DNA of 64,000 nt from an uncultured Alphaproteobacteria bacterium (GTDB lineage: Bacteria > Pseudomonadota > Alphaproteobacteria > Rickettsiales > UBA998). Made by a program: the position numbers and the translations under genes. The first letter of the stretch is position 1; the number at the start of each line of letters is the position of its first letter. Below, one piece after another: positions 6,714-17,488 of this stretch. The notes under the pieces are model-generated. The model had not been told where the DNA came from. It saw nothing but the letters and a program-made list of their open reading frames with translations, and searched no databases. The stretch is taken from assembly GCA_963803575.1 (NCBI GenBank), contig CAWDMW010000001.1, forward strand, positions 272,086-336,085. Direction: 5' to 3'.

Positions 6714-9311
6714 TTAACTCTCTAGCACACGTTGCCACCACCCTTTTCTTTTATTCTCTGCTGGCGGAGTATCTTCTGGCACAGCAGCGGCTTCCGTGGT
6801 TGCTTCTTTAGCGTGAGATGACGTATCACTCTGGCTGTCGATTGAAGACGCAGGCGTATCGTCTGAAGATGGCGCCGTATCGTGCGGCTGTTGTGGCGAC
6901 CCCTCTTTAACTTGCCTATGCTCTTCTTCTGCCTTTTCTACTTTCTCGGGCTCTAAATTGTTAGCAGTATTTTCAGGTTGTTGCGGGTTAACCTCATCAT
7001 TTCCATGCTCTAGGGTTTCTGCTTTATTGCGGTTTCTACCACCTCGCCTACGTGTGCGTTTAGGTTTATCAGAGGGTTCTACATCCTTCTCTGTCGCATC
7101 GTCTTGCTCTTTAGAAGATGACGCTTCTGTTTCGTCCGTTTGCTTATTACGTGCCGGACGCTTCGCATTATTGTGCTTAGCACCACCAGATCGGGATTTA
7201 TTGCGTTGCTTACGTTGACCAGGTTTACGTGTAAACCCTTTCTCTGAATCAAACATTGCATCAGATGGAGAGGTAAAATGATAACTGCCAACCGTCTCAT
7301 TTTCCAACAGTGCAAAGCAGAGTGACACATCATAAGCACTTTCCAACGATGTGACCGCTTCACGATGATGATTAATCAGTTCCATCATCACGGCATGATT
7401 CACATGTAGCGTAATCACGTTACCCGAGGCATCAGACAGGTAGCACTGTAAATTTCTGAGCAATTGGATAACTACTACATCAAGCAAAGGAACACGACCG
7501 CTACCCTGACAATTGGGGCAGGTTTGCGTTGTCGATTCTTCCAGACTGGAACCGATACGCTGACGCGACATTTCCAGTAAACCAAAGCTACTAATATGAC
7601 CAATTTGCACCTTAGCACGATCTGTAGACATCGCTTCTTTCAGGCATTTTTCTACATTTCGGCGATATTTATGATAGGCCATATCAATGAAATCAACGAC
7701 AACCAATCCACCCAGATTACGCAAACGCAGTTGCCTTGCTAATTCTTCACAAGCTTCCAAATTCGTTTTATAGGCGGTTTCTTCAACATTGCGCTCATTA
7801 GTGGACTTACCAGAGTTCACATCCACAGAAATCAGTGCTTCTGTTGGATTAATCACAAGGTATCCACCAGATTTTAGTGGTGCAGATGTTTTATACAGTT
7901 CTCCAATGGCAGCCTCAACACCATAGACGGTAAAGACAGGCTGTTCATCTTTGTGTTGCTTCACACGCGGCGCATGAGATGGCATCAGCAATTTCATGAA
8001 GTCTTTTGCCTGACGGTAAGATGCTTCACCCTGCACATGGATTGCTTCAATATCACCATTATAATGGTCACGTATGGAACGCTTGACGATATCATTTTCT
8101 TCATAAACAACCGCAGGTGCAATGGATGCAAGCGCATTGTCACGTATCTGGTTCCATAGTTTAATCAGGTATTCATAATCACGTTTAATTTCTGCCCGTG
8201 TGCGGTCAATACCGGCAGTACGAATGATGGCGCTCATACCACGCAGGGACTTGAGTTCATCTGAAATACTACGCAGTCTTTTGCGATCCTCATTATTGCC
8301 AATTTTACGCGAGATACCGCCAGCTTTTGGCGAATTAGGCATCAACACACAGTAGCGACCCGCAAGTGATATGTACGTGCTAAGAGACACACCCTTATTA
8401 CCGCGTTCTTCTTTTGTCACCTGCACCAACACAATTTGGCCGGGGCGCATCACTTCCTGTATCTTGTAACGTCGGGACAAGGTGTTGCGGGCAGTGCGTA
8501 TTTCTTCTTCTACATCATCATCCATACCTGACGAAACAGGTTCATCTTTATGGCTGTCATCATCATGTTGGTCTTCCTGCGCTGAATCGGAAGAAGAAGA
8601 TGATGATGACTTTTTCCCTCCTCTACGCCTGCGTTGACGTGTACGTTTTTTAGGCGTGGCATCATCTGCATCGTCTTTTTCCGTCTGTGCATTATCTGCA
8701 TCAGAAGATTCCGTTTGTGACGCTTCCTTGTCATCTTCCTCAGCAATCACGTTACTAGCCGAAGCTAAAGGATGCGTATCGCTACTATGTTGCGTGTTGT
8801 TATCCTCGGAATCACTGCTTTCACTATCGGTAGATTGATCTTGCGACACCATTTGATTATCATCACTTTCCTGTGGTTCATCATTGGAGGTATCGTCTTT
8901 TTTGGCAAATGTTTTGCGACGGCTACTGCCACGTTTACGAATACGAGGCTTAGAGGATTTTTGCGTATCCTTAGCATCGGGCATATCTTGCCCTTCATCA
9001 TCTGCCTCATCATCACTTTCGTGCAGTCCTGCGGCTTCGTCCAATAGTCTCTGCCTGTCTTCTACAGGTATCTGATAATAATCGGGATGTACTTCAGAAA
9101 AAGGCAAAAAACCTTGTTTGTCAGACCCATATTCCACAAAAGCGGCTTGCAGTGATGGTTCAATACGCGTTATTTTTGCGAGGTAAATATTACCTTTAAT
9201 TTGCTTCTTTGACTTCGATACAAAATCAAAATGATCTAATTCACCATGTTCGGTAATGGCTACACGGGTTTCTTCAATGTCTACAGCATCGACTAGCATT
9301 AAGCGTGTCAT
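6714..9311 (-). CDS. rne: ribonuclease E
   Basis: 865 aa. S1 region GNIYLAKITRIEPSLQAAFVEYG, catalytic core (VVVDFIDM) and Zn-link CPNCQGSG. A D/E/S/K/R-rich insert of about 190 aa starts near residue 90. The tail is Arg/Pro/Glu-rich. Confidence 0.95.
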   Translation of the reverse strand: MTRLMLVDAVDIEETRVAITEHGELDHFDFVSKSKKQIKGNIYLAKITRIEPSLQAAFVEYGSDKQGFLPFSEVHPDYYQIPVEDRQRLLDEAAGLHESDDEADDEGQDMPDAKDTQKSSKPRIRKRGSSRRKTFAKKDDTSNDEPQESDDNQMVSQDQSTDSESSDSEDNNTQHSSDTHPLASASNVIAEEDDKEASQTESSDADNAQTEKDDADDATPKKRTRQRRRRGGKKSSSSSSSDSAQEDQHDDDSHKDEPVSSGMDDDVEEEIRTARNTLSRRYKIQEVMRPGQIVLVQVTKEERGNKGVSLSTYISLAGRYCVLMPNSPKAGGISRKIGNNEDRKRLRSISDELKSLRGMSAIIRTAGIDRTRAEIKRDYEYLIKLWNQIRDNALASIAPAVVYEENDIVKRSIRDHYNGDIEAIHVQGEASYRQAKDFMKLLMPSHAPRVKQHKDEQPVFTVYGVEAAIGELYKTSAPLKSGGYLVINPTEALISVDVNSGKSTNERNVEETAYKTNLEACEELARQLRLRNLGGLVVVDFIDMAYHKYRRNVEKCLKEAMSTDRAKVQIGHISSFGLLEMSRQRIGSSLEESTTQTCPNCQGSGRVPLLDVVVIQLLRNLQCYLSDASGNVITLHVNHAVMMELINHHREAVTSLESAYDVSLCFALLENETVGSYHFTSPSDAMFDSEKGFTRKPGQRKQRNKSRSGGAKHNNAKRPARNKQTDETEASSSKEQDDATEKDVEPSDKPKRTRRRGGRNRNKAETLEHGNDEVNPQQPENTANNLEPEKVEKAEEEHRQVKEGSPQQPHDTAPSSDDTPASSIDSQSDTSSHAKEATTEAAAVPEDTPPAENKRKGWWQRVLES

Positions 9312-9753
9312 AATAGTGGGGCTCCTTGAGTGGTGGGTGAGCCTACCCCTTACAACGATGTATGTATAACCTACACATGGAGCCGCTAACCGTATGGGAA
9401 GCGGGTAACGTAATGTGTGAGAGTCTGGCTCTTATCATAGGTAAAAGCAGTTGTATTTGGGTAGACCATATATTTGGTTTAGGAATAACGAACCGTTTTA
9501 TGAAAAACTTACTGCGCTTTCTAATGTTGCAACAAATACGGCCAGGTGGCTGGTACGGGTTGAGATCAATATATTCATGGCATATCCTTTATGACGTAAT
9601 AATCACAATGCGTAGTGGCATTGTGGGATGTATTCTTCTATAAGCGTTATCTTTCAGCCGTTGCGCTACACCCGTATGGCGCGGCTACCAAAAGCTAACC
9701 TAAGATAACCTCTCTACTTAACGCATATCCTATAGAAGAATCAAGAAACTTTT

Positions 9754-10950
9754 ATGCATACTTTCCAAATACCTGCATTAATGCCCTTCCTTAGAGCCAT
9801 AATATTCTTTTTTCTTAGTATTGTTACGATTGCCCTCACCGCGCTACACAGTGCTAGTGCTGCCGTGCCAGATGTTCATCGTGTTACGCATCAACAACAT
9901 CAGACATTTGAACGTATTATTTTGCACAGCACTAAGTTGCGGCCAGCCATACAGAATACGTTTCTTCTGAACAACCCTGTCCGGCTGGTGGTTGATATGC
10001 AGCATCTGGGCACTCCCCTACCCTCCCTGCCAACGCTACAGCAAGATGGCCTGATTACCGCTATCAGATTTGGACATTTCAGCCCAAAAACATCGCGTAT
10101 TGTGATGGAGTTATCCCCGCAAGCAAAAACACATCGCATTCAGTCTTTGAATAATCAAACCTTGCAAATTGATATACTAACAGAAGAATCACCTACCGTT
10201 GCACCGTCGTCATTCATTCCGCAGCCCATTGTAAAGCCACAACATGCCGCAACGTCATCGCATAAGCCCCATATCATTATTGACGCTGGCCATGGGGGGA
10301 AAGATCCGGGGGCTATAGGCCGTACCAAAGTACTGGAAAAGCACATAACCATGGCTTACGCAAATGCGTTAAAGCAAGCATTGCTGAACACCCATCGTTA
10401 CCAGGTGAGTATGACGCGTGGTGGTGATCGGTTTATTTATTTACATGAGCGTGTGAAGAAAGCACGTCAGGCGAATGGTGACCTGTTTATCTCTATTCAC
10501 GCTGATAGCGCAGGAGAAAGCTATGCACGCGGTATTTCTGTTTATACCGTGTCCGAGAAAGCTTCCGACAGTGAAGCGGCTAAACTGGCACAAAAGGAAA
10601 ATGAAGCAGATCGCATTGGTGGCATTGACTTTGCAGACAAACATCCGGAAGTGGCGGATATTCTTATTGACTTAGCTAGCCGTGACGCTCGTATCAAAGC
10701 CACGGATTTATCCTCAGAATTAGTCAAGCAATTTGCCAAAGCGAAAATTACCCTGCTTGGCAATCCTGCACGCTTTGCTGGATTTCGTGTACTGAAAGCA
10801 CCTGATATTCCTTCCGTACTAATTGAGGTTGGGTTCCTGTCTAACAAAACGGATGAGCAGATACTTCAAACGTCAACTCATCGCAATAAAGTTGTCAATG
10901 CCGTGATTCGCGCCATAGATAGATATTTTGTTCAGCATCCTTTAAGATAA
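9754..10950 (+). CDS. N-acetylmuramoyl-L-alanine amidase (AMIN + Amidase_3)
   Basis: Signal/TM segment, an AMIN-like N-domain, then IIIDAGHGGKDPGA...FISIHADS...SVLIEVGFLSN. Confidence 0.9.
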   Translation: MHTFQIPALMPFLRAIIFFFLSIVTIALTALHSASAAVPDVHRVTHQQHQTFERIILHSTKLRPAIQNTFLLNNPVRLVVDMQHLGTPLPSLPTLQQDGLITAIRFGHFSPKTSRIVMELSPQAKTHRIQSLNNQTLQIDILTEESPTVAPSSFIPQPIVKPQHAATSSHKPHIIIDAGHGGKDPGAIGRTKVLEKHITMAYANALKQALLNTHRYQVSMTRGGDRFIYLHERVKKARQANGDLFISIHADSAGESYARGISVYTVSEKASDSEAAKLAQKENEADRIGGIDFADKHPEVADILIDLASRDARIKATDLSSELVKQFAKAKITLLGNPARFAGFRVLKAPDIPSVLIEVGFLSNKTDEQILQTSTHRNKVVNAVIRAIDRYFVQHPLR

Positions 10951-11009
10951 GTGAGAGGTTTTTCTTGTAGTTCTAATCACCTACAGCTACAACAACATTC
11001 ACCATAGCT

Positions 11010-13994
11010 ATGCCCATACCTGACTCAGATACACACCCCAAGCCATCACGTTTTCGTCGCATCTTGCGCTGGCTGTCGCGCTGGACAGTTCGTCCGGTTG
11101 CCGTTGCATTAAGCTTGCTGTTAACAGGGTTGTTCATTGGGGTAGTCACTGTCATGGGGCTACTTTATTATTATAGCAAAGCTTTGCCTGATAGCAGTAG
11201 CTTAGCAGATTACCAACCCACGGGAATGACTCGCGTATACGCGGCTAATAGCGAACTTATCGGGGAATATGCACGACAAAAGCGTATTTTTGTTCCGTTT
11301 GAAGAGATTCCTCACAAAGTAATTCATGCTTTTATTGCCGCAGAAGATAAAACGTTTTATGAGCATCGCGGCATTGACCCTATGGGGATTACACGCGCAC
11401 TTATCAAAAATATCCGCAATTATGCTAATGATGATAAATCACTGGTTGGTGGCTCGACCATCACGCAGCAAGTCGTGAAAAACTTTTTGCTGACAAGAGA
11501 AAAATCTATTGATCGAAAAATTAAAGAGGCCATCTTAGCCTTACGTATCACCCAGAATTATACGAAAGATCGTATTTTAGAACTTTACCTGAATGAAATT
11601 TATTTGGGTATGGGAGCTTACGGTGTTGCCTCTGCTGCACAGGAGTTTTTTGACAAAGAACTGGATGAACTGACGACAGAAGAAGCCGCATTACTCGCAG
11701 CCATGCCGAAAGCACCCTCCACATATGATCCACAACGCAACCCTCATGCAGCCATAGATCGCCGCAACAACTATGTTCTTCCACGCATGTTTGAAGAAGG
11801 TTACATTAATGCAGCAGAACTTGAGCGTGCCTTGTCATCGCCGCTTGGTATTAAACAACGTATCGCGCAGGACGCCATTAATAGCGGCTACTACGCAGAA
11901 GAAGTGCGACGCTGGTTACTTGAAACCTATGGCGAGGATGCTACCTATGAGAATAATTTGTTCGTGAAAACGGCCATGCAGCCAGCCACGCAATCTTTAC
12001 TGGATAAAGCATTACGTAATGCTCTCACCACCTATGATCGCCGTCACGGATTTCGAGGTGCTATCACCCAGTTAGATACGCTGGAAGGCTGGGAAAACGC
12101 ACTGGATGATCTGGCACGAGACACGCCACTATTTGAAGATCAGCAACTCGCTGTTATCTTAAGTTTAGACGGCAGCGATGCAGTGATTGGCATGACGACC
12201 TCACCAGATCAGGCAAGTGATGACGAAGAAGCCGTGCAGGAAAATACGGCATTATTGACAGCATCATATTTGAAATGGGCAAGACCAGTGCGCCCTTCCG
12301 GTGCCATAGGCGCTGCACCGAAGAAGGTAAGTGATATATTGCAAACAGGTGACGTCATTATCGTCACACCTACAAATGATCCTCTTCGCAATAAACTCGC
12401 CATATGGGCATTGCATCAAATCCCTAAAGTCAGCGGTGCCATGGTTGCCATGCGTCCACAAACTGGGGAAGTGCTGGCTATGAGTGGTGGCTATAGCTAT
12501 ATGGATAGTGAGTTTAACCGAGCGACACAAGCAAAACGCCAGCCAGGTTCCAGCTTTAAACCATTCGTTTATATGGCAGCACTGGAGAGAGGGTTTACCC
12601 CTAGCTCTATTGTTGAAGACGCACCTATCGAAATTTCGCAGGGGCCGGGTAAACCGCCATGGCGTCCCAAAAATTATGGCAGAGATTTTCTGGGGGCAAC
12701 TACCCTTCGCAATGGTTTAGAAAAATCCCGCAATCTTATGACGGTCAGGTTAGCACAAATGATTGGTTTGGATGCCGTATCTCACGTGGGGGAAAGACTT
12801 GGCATGTACCAAAACATGCCATCTAACTTCGCCAATGTACTTGGGTCTTACGAAACAACCGTGATGCACATGGTTACAGCCTACTCAATGCTCGTGAATG
12901 GTGGATTACAGGTAGAACCCGTCATGGTGAAACGTGTTGATAACCGAAATGGTGAAGTTCTGTACCGCGCTGATGCGCGTGATTGTCCGAAATGTCGTGT
13001 TACCAAGGAACAGCCACGCATCGCCGTTAATCCACCCATTTTAGCAAATACACGGGAACGGGTGATTGATCCACGTATTGCGTATCAGATGGTGACATTA
13101 CTTAAAGGCGTTGTGCAACGCGGCACGGCCACACGAGCAAAGGTGCTGAACTTTGATGTTGCAGGCAAAACCGGCACAACCAACGATAGCCGTGATGCAT
13201 GGTTCGTTGGGATGACACAGGATTTGGTGGTTGGTATCTATATAGGGTTTGATACACCTAAATCACTTGGCAGACGTGAAACTGGTGGCAGGGTAGCATT
13301 ACCGGCATTTGTGTCATTTATGAAAGACCATTACTCGGAAACACCTCCTGCAGACTTCGTTCGTCCAACTGGCGTGATTGACATTAATGTAGACCGTTAT
13401 ACCGGAGTGCCTCCCCTACCCTGGCAACAATCAACGGCAATCATTACCGAAACATTTGTTACAGGCGGTTCTATTTTTATCCCCGGAGATAAGATTACTG
13501 ACGACCTGCAAGATGATGGTGCGTTAGAAGATAATCAACTATCTGACCCATCTTACAACGAATTTGTCGATTATGATGCAGCCAACCAGCTTTACCGCGC
13601 ACAACCCGGTTATCGTAACAGCCATGCAACGCAACCATCTTATGAAAGAAACGTCTACAGGGATGATGTTTATTCGCCATCAGGTCAGCCATATCAGTCG
13701 CGTGATGATAGCTATATTGTTCCTCCAGAATCGCAAAACGTCCCCAGTGATGCGCTAAGTACCAATAGTGACTACGTGCCTTTAACACCTTCAGGCAATA
13801 ATAGCCCCGCCCCTAAAAAGCCTAAAACAAACACGCCTGAACCCAGACGTTCGTATCAACCTTACAGCAACACAACCACCTTACCGCCGCGCCATCCCTC
13901 ACGCAGGTTTGAAGATCGTTACCGCTCACCAAACCGCAAACAGAAACCAGCACGCACGACACAACCTTCGCCTGGCACAGGCGGCCTATATTAA
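11010..13994 (+). CDS. mrcA: penicillin-binding protein 1A (bifunctional transglycosylase/transpeptidase)
   Basis: Motifs EDKTFYEHRGID, GGSTITQQ, SSFKP (SxxK) and KTGTTND. Ends in a Tyr/Pro/Ser-rich C-terminal tail of about 170 aa. Confidence 0.95.
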   Translation: MPIPDSDTHPKPSRFRRILRWLSRWTVRPVAVALSLLLTGLFIGVVTVMGLLYYYSKALPDSSSLADYQPTGMTRVYAANSELIGEYARQKRIFVPFEEIPHKVIHAFIAAEDKTFYEHRGIDPMGITRALIKNIRNYANDDKSLVGGSTITQQVVKNFLLTREKSIDRKIKEAILALRITQNYTKDRILELYLNEIYLGMGAYGVASAAQEFFDKELDELTTEEAALLAAMPKAPSTYDPQRNPHAAIDRRNNYVLPRMFEEGYINAAELERALSSPLGIKQRIAQDAINSGYYAEEVRRWLLETYGEDATYENNLFVKTAMQPATQSLLDKALRNALTTYDRRHGFRGAITQLDTLEGWENALDDLARDTPLFEDQQLAVILSLDGSDAVIGMTTSPDQASDDEEAVQENTALLTASYLKWARPVRPSGAIGAAPKKVSDILQTGDVIIVTPTNDPLRNKLAIWALHQIPKVSGAMVAMRPQTGEVLAMSGGYSYMDSEFNRATQAKRQPGSSFKPFVYMAALERGFTPSSIVEDAPIEISQGPGKPPWRPKNYGRDFLGATTLRNGLEKSRNLMTVRLAQMIGLDAVSHVGERLGMYQNMPSNFANVLGSYETTVMHMVTAYSMLVNGGLQVEPVMVKRVDNRNGEVLYRADARDCPKCRVTKEQPRIAVNPPILANTRERVIDPRIAYQMVTLLKGVVQRGTATRAKVLNFDVAGKTGTTNDSRDAWFVGMTQDLVVGIYIGFDTPKSLGRRETGGRVALPAFVSFMKDHYSETPPADFVRPTGVIDINVDRYTGVPPLPWQQSTAIITETFVTGGSIFIPGDKITDDLQDDGALEDNQLSDPSYNEFVDYDAANQLYRAQPGYRNSHATQPSYERNVYRDDVYSPSGQPYQSRDDSYIVPPESQNVPSDALSTNSDYVPLTPSGNNSPAPKKPKTNTPEPRRSYQPYSNTTTLPPRHPSRRFEDRYRSPNRKQKPARTTQPSPGTGGLY

Positions 13995-14018
13995 TCTTTC
14001 CACCCAAACAGGTTCATC

Positions 14019-15120
14019 ATGAAAGCAGATATTCTTCAACTCACACAACGTATAGACGAATCAAAATCATTGCTCAGGAGGTATCTTTGACTGGGATAGC
14101 GCCGTTGCACGACTTAGTGAGTTAAATACTCAGGCAGAAGACCCAGATTTATGGTCAGACCAGCACAAAGCACAGAAATTGCTAAAAGAACGCACCTCTT
14201 TGCAGACATTAATCGACCATTTTCGTCAGCTCGAACAGGATGCCGACGATCATATAGCACTTTATGAACTGGCGGAAGAAGAAAAGGATGCCGAAACTAT
14301 ACAGGAAGCCGAAGACGCTCTGGCAGATGTAGCCGCTCAATTCCGTACCTTAGAGATTGAAAGTCTGCTCTCAGGTGAAGCAGACAGCAATGATTGTTTC
14401 ATGGAGATTCATTCCGGCGCAGGTGGTACAGAAAGTCAGGACTGGGCACAAATGTTGCTGCGTATGTATATGCGTTGGGCGGAACGCCGGGGATTCAAAA
14501 CAGAATTGATTGACGATCAGGCCGGAGAAGAAGCAGGCATTAAATCCGCAACGATCCGTATTAACGGGCATAACGCTTACGGATGGTCGAAAACAGAAAG
14601 CGGCGTGCATCGTCTGGTGCGCATTTCTCCATTTGATAGTAACTCACGCCGTCATACCAGCTTTTGTAGTGTCTCTGTCTCTCCGGTAGTTGATGACTCT
14701 ATCGAGATTGAAATTGAGGAAAAAGATTTACGTATCGACACGTACCGTGCATCTGGCGCAGGTGGCCAGCACATTAATAAAACCGATAGTGCTATTCGAA
14801 TCACACATCTACCCACGAATATTGTAGTACAATGCCAAAATTCACGCTCTCAACATAAAAATCGGGCAGAAGCCTATTCCATGCTGCGATCACGGCTCTA
14901 TGAAAGGGAGCTGCAGGAACGTGAGGCAAAAGCGCAATCGCTCAACGATCAAAAAACAGACAATGCATGGGGGCATCAAATCCGGTCTTACGTGCTACAC
15001 CCATATCAACTGGTTAAAGACCTACGAACACAGGAAGAAACAGGCAATACGCAGGCAGTGCTTGACGGTGACTTGCACGCGTTTATGTCAAGCGCACTGG
15101 CACAACGTATCCAGCATTAG
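14019..15120 (+). CDS. prfB: peptide chain release factor 2, requires programmed +1 frameshift
   Basis: ORF1 MKADILQLTQRIDESKSLLRRYL stops at UGA 14088-14090. The +1 frame from 14089 is continuous with track ORF 14179..15120. SPF (RISPFDS) and GGQ (GAGGQHINK) motifs are present. Confidence 0.95.
14076..14091 (+). promoter_or_regulatory. RF2 autoregulatory +1 frameshift site
   Basis: AGGAGG TAT CTT TGA C, that is an SD-like element 3 nt upstream of the CUU UGA C shift site. Confidence 0.9.
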
Positions 15121-15184
15121 TGGTTAGTTAAGCTGTCATACGGTATCATTACTGGATGAACTGTACATATGTAACTTCCAGATA

Positions 15185-15631
15185 ATGACAGATACGCCAC
15201 CACCCCATAAGCAGGAGCAACGGCTTACCTTTCGTTTGCTCTCTTACTGGAATCGGATACGCGGTGACCGCACTTATCCGAGCTTATCAGATATGCACAT
15301 CCACGAAATTCAGGAAATCTGGCATTATTCGTTTGTGATTGATATACGCACAGATGACCCAGTCTTCCATTATTTTGGCCCCGATCTATCGTCGCTTTTT
15401 GGCGTCGACTATACAGGCGAACTCGTATCAGAGGCGATGAATGACGTGATTCTTAACAACACGATTGGCGTCTATGAGAAAGCAACCATAGAGCGCAAAC
15501 CACTCACTGAATCCGCATCTTTTTATTATGATGGAAAAGAGTTGAGATACCGCACGCTCATTGTACCATTTTCATCAGATAATGCCACGATTGACTTTCT
15601 AATGGGTACCACAAACTTCAAAGCCTTTTAA
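15185..15631 (+). CDS. PAS-fold protein (PAS_5/DUF1457-like)
   Basis: 148 aa. [20 protein letters not shown]... matches the small stand-alone PAS family common in alphaproteobacteria. Confidence 0.6.
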   Translation: MTDTPPPHKQEQRLTFRLLSYWNRIRGDRTYPSLSDMHIHEIQEIWHYSFVIDIRTDDPVFHYFGPDLSSLFGVDYTGELVSEAMNDVILNNTIGVYEKATIERKPLTESASFYYDGKELRYRTLIVPFSSDNATIDFLMGTTNFKAF

Positions 15632-16323
15632 ACTACGTCATCAATCAGGCCAGCATCCCTGAACCCTTTAGCGCGTAGCAAACATGCGTGGCATGTGCCA
15701 CATGCTTTTCCTTCAAGTGTTGGATCGTAGCAGGATAAGGTCATGCTATAATCTACGTCCAATGACAGCCCCATGCGGATAATCTGCGCTTTTGTCTTAT
15801 CTATCAGCGGTGTATGAATCCTAATGTGTTGATTTCCATCCACACCATAAGCAGTGGCTTTATTTGCCATTGCTTCATAGGCCTCAATGAATGCTGGCCG
15901 ACAATCAGGGTAGCCACTATAATCAACGGCATTCACTCCAATGAAAATATCGTAAGCACCCAGCACTTCGGCCCACCCTAAAGCAAATGACAGAAAGATA
16001 GTGTTGCGAGCCGGTACGTAAGTTATGGGAATAGTGTCAGGAATCGTTTCTGCGCTGGTGGCTTTGGGTACGTCAATATCTGCTGTCAACGCCGAACCGC
16101 CAAACAGCCTTAAGTCAATTTGCGCGACTTTATGCTCTTTAACCTGCCAGTGTTGCGCCACTTTTTGTGCCGCTTGCAGCTCTACCCCGTGACGTTGGCC
16201 ATAAGCAAAGCTCAGAGCATAACAAGTGTAACCTTGCTGCATAGCATACGCCAGAATGGTGGTGGAATCCAGTCCACCGCTAAGTAAGATGACTGCTTTA
16301 TGTTGCTTCATGCGCCGTACCAT
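15628..16323 (-). CDS. queC: 7-cyano-7-deazaguanine synthase
   Basis: PP-loop [12 protein letters not shown] and C-terminal Cys cluster CGTCHAC. The true start may be the ATG at 16311. Confidence 0.95.
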   Translation of the reverse strand: MVRRMKQHKAVILLSGGLDSTTILAYAMQQGYTCYALSFAYGQRHGVELQAAQKVAQHWQVKEHKVAQIDLRLFGGSALTADIDVPKATSAETIPDTIPITYVPARNTIFLSFALGWAEVLGAYDIFIGVNAVDYSGYPDCRPAFIEAYEAMANKATAYGVDGNQHIRIHTPLIDKTKAQIIRMGLSLDVDYSMTLSCYDPTLEGKACGTCHACLLRAKGFRDAGLIDDVV

Positions 16324-16363
16324 ATCTATAACCTAAAGATATGACCACTGGTTTCTAACGTAT

Positions 16364-17128
16364 TTATCCTGATTGGCTACTGTTCGCGCCAGTCGCACTG
16401 GTCGGGCGTTTTTTGCGTTTGAGTGCAACCATAGAGGTGAAATACCCTTGCGGACCTTCCGCTGCCGCCGCTGCATTATCCTGCTTGGATGTTGCACTGG
16501 GGCCCATACGGCCTTCATGCTCGTTGAGTTTATACTCAAACGTATAGCCGCCCTCTTCATTTTTATCGGGGATAATCTTCAAAATATATTTTTGTGCCGG
16601 CTCTTTATCTTTTTCCTGCCGATCATAAATCATTAATAGTAGCTTATTTTCATTTGGTATCGTCGTTTCGGGATATTCCAGATGAAGCTGAGACAATTCT
16701 GACTGAATAGACTCCAGAGTTGGATAATTGCGCTGCGCTTTAACGGAACGCAAAATGGGGTGTCCCCAGTTGGGCAAACGTTCTCTTTTGCGACGTTTAC
16801 GGGGATGATGTTTGACATCGGTATTAATCTTTGCACAAGAAAGTGTGTAAATACCGCTTTGCATTTTCTGCGGACGGATCACTGCATAGTTGCCATAATA
16901 TCCCTCTTCTTCCTCTTCTTCGGTAACATAGAAATCTCGTATCCACATAACCAGAAAATCTTTGGATTTATCGGGCGTTTGCTGCCCTTTCAACTGTGCC
17001 TCTATAAAATTCTGACGAAAAAACTCTATCTTTTTCAAGGCATCAACACGAAGTTCAAAACGGTATCTACCTGTAATCAATGCATTAATATGAGAATTTG
17101 TACTATTTGCGTAGCGCCCGTTGCCCAC
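16364..17128 (-). CDS. orphan highly charged soluble protein (candidate secreted effector)
   Basis: 254 aa with a GTG start 7 nt after GGAG. Contains an EEEEEE run, a basic patch HHPRKRRKRERLP and a basic C-tail ALKRKKRPTSATGANSSQSG. No TM segment and no motif I recognise. Confidence 0.7.
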   Translation of the reverse strand: MGNGRYANSTNSHINALITGRYRFELRVDALKKIEFFRQNFIEAQLKGQQTPDKSKDFLVMWIRDFYVTEEEEEEGYYGNYAVIRPQKMQSGIYTLSCAKINTDVKHHPRKRRKRERLPNWGHPILRSVKAQRNYPTLESIQSELSQLHLEYPETTIPNENKLLLMIYDRQEKDKEPAQKYILKIIPDKNEEGGYTFEYKLNEHEGRMGPSATSKQDNAAAAAEGPQGYFTSMVALKRKKRPTSATGANSSQSG

Positions 17129-17488
17129 CTAAAAAACTCCTTGTCCTATGATATGCGCCTTAAGTATAACGCAACTATAGTCTATCATATGCTTATCATC
17201 ATGTCTACAAAGCATAAATAAAGGTTTAATGAAGCAATGACGAACATGTAACGTGCAATATATGTCCATAAGTCACTTGTATAACAGCTTTTTATTTTGC
17301 CTGATACACTTTATTAGCAATCGCTATGTTAGAGTAAGGTCAACGTAGTGACAGCTCGCAACCTTCAGATATTCGTCAATATAGAACATTTAATACAAAT
17401 AATCACAGTTTTTTCTTATTATTTTGATAGATTTATTATATAATAGGTAGAAATAGTTGATTTTTACTAGAATATAAAGGAGTCACTT

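Noticed and set aside
6958-9075. Cluster of 60-95-aa ORFs on both strands inside rne (6958..7218, 7079..7363, 8414..8653, 8510..8746, 8656..8838, 8765..9016, 8772..9047, 8884..9075)
   Set aside because: They all lie within the low-complexity acidic/basic parts of RNase E. Purine/pyrimidine-skewed repeats keep alternative frames open. None has an RBS or recognisable motifs.
9362-9643. 93-aa ORF in the rne/amidase intergenic region
   Set aside because: It has no SD and odd composition (Trp/Cys-rich). The region is more plausibly the rne 5' UTR and divergent promoters.
16333-16836. ORFs 16333..16560 (-), 16373..16636 (+), 16633..16836 (-) and 16760..17221 (+)
   Set aside because: All overlap the 254-aa ORF 16364..17128, which has the GGAG-spaced GTG start and is the longest coherent frame. 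The others have no support.
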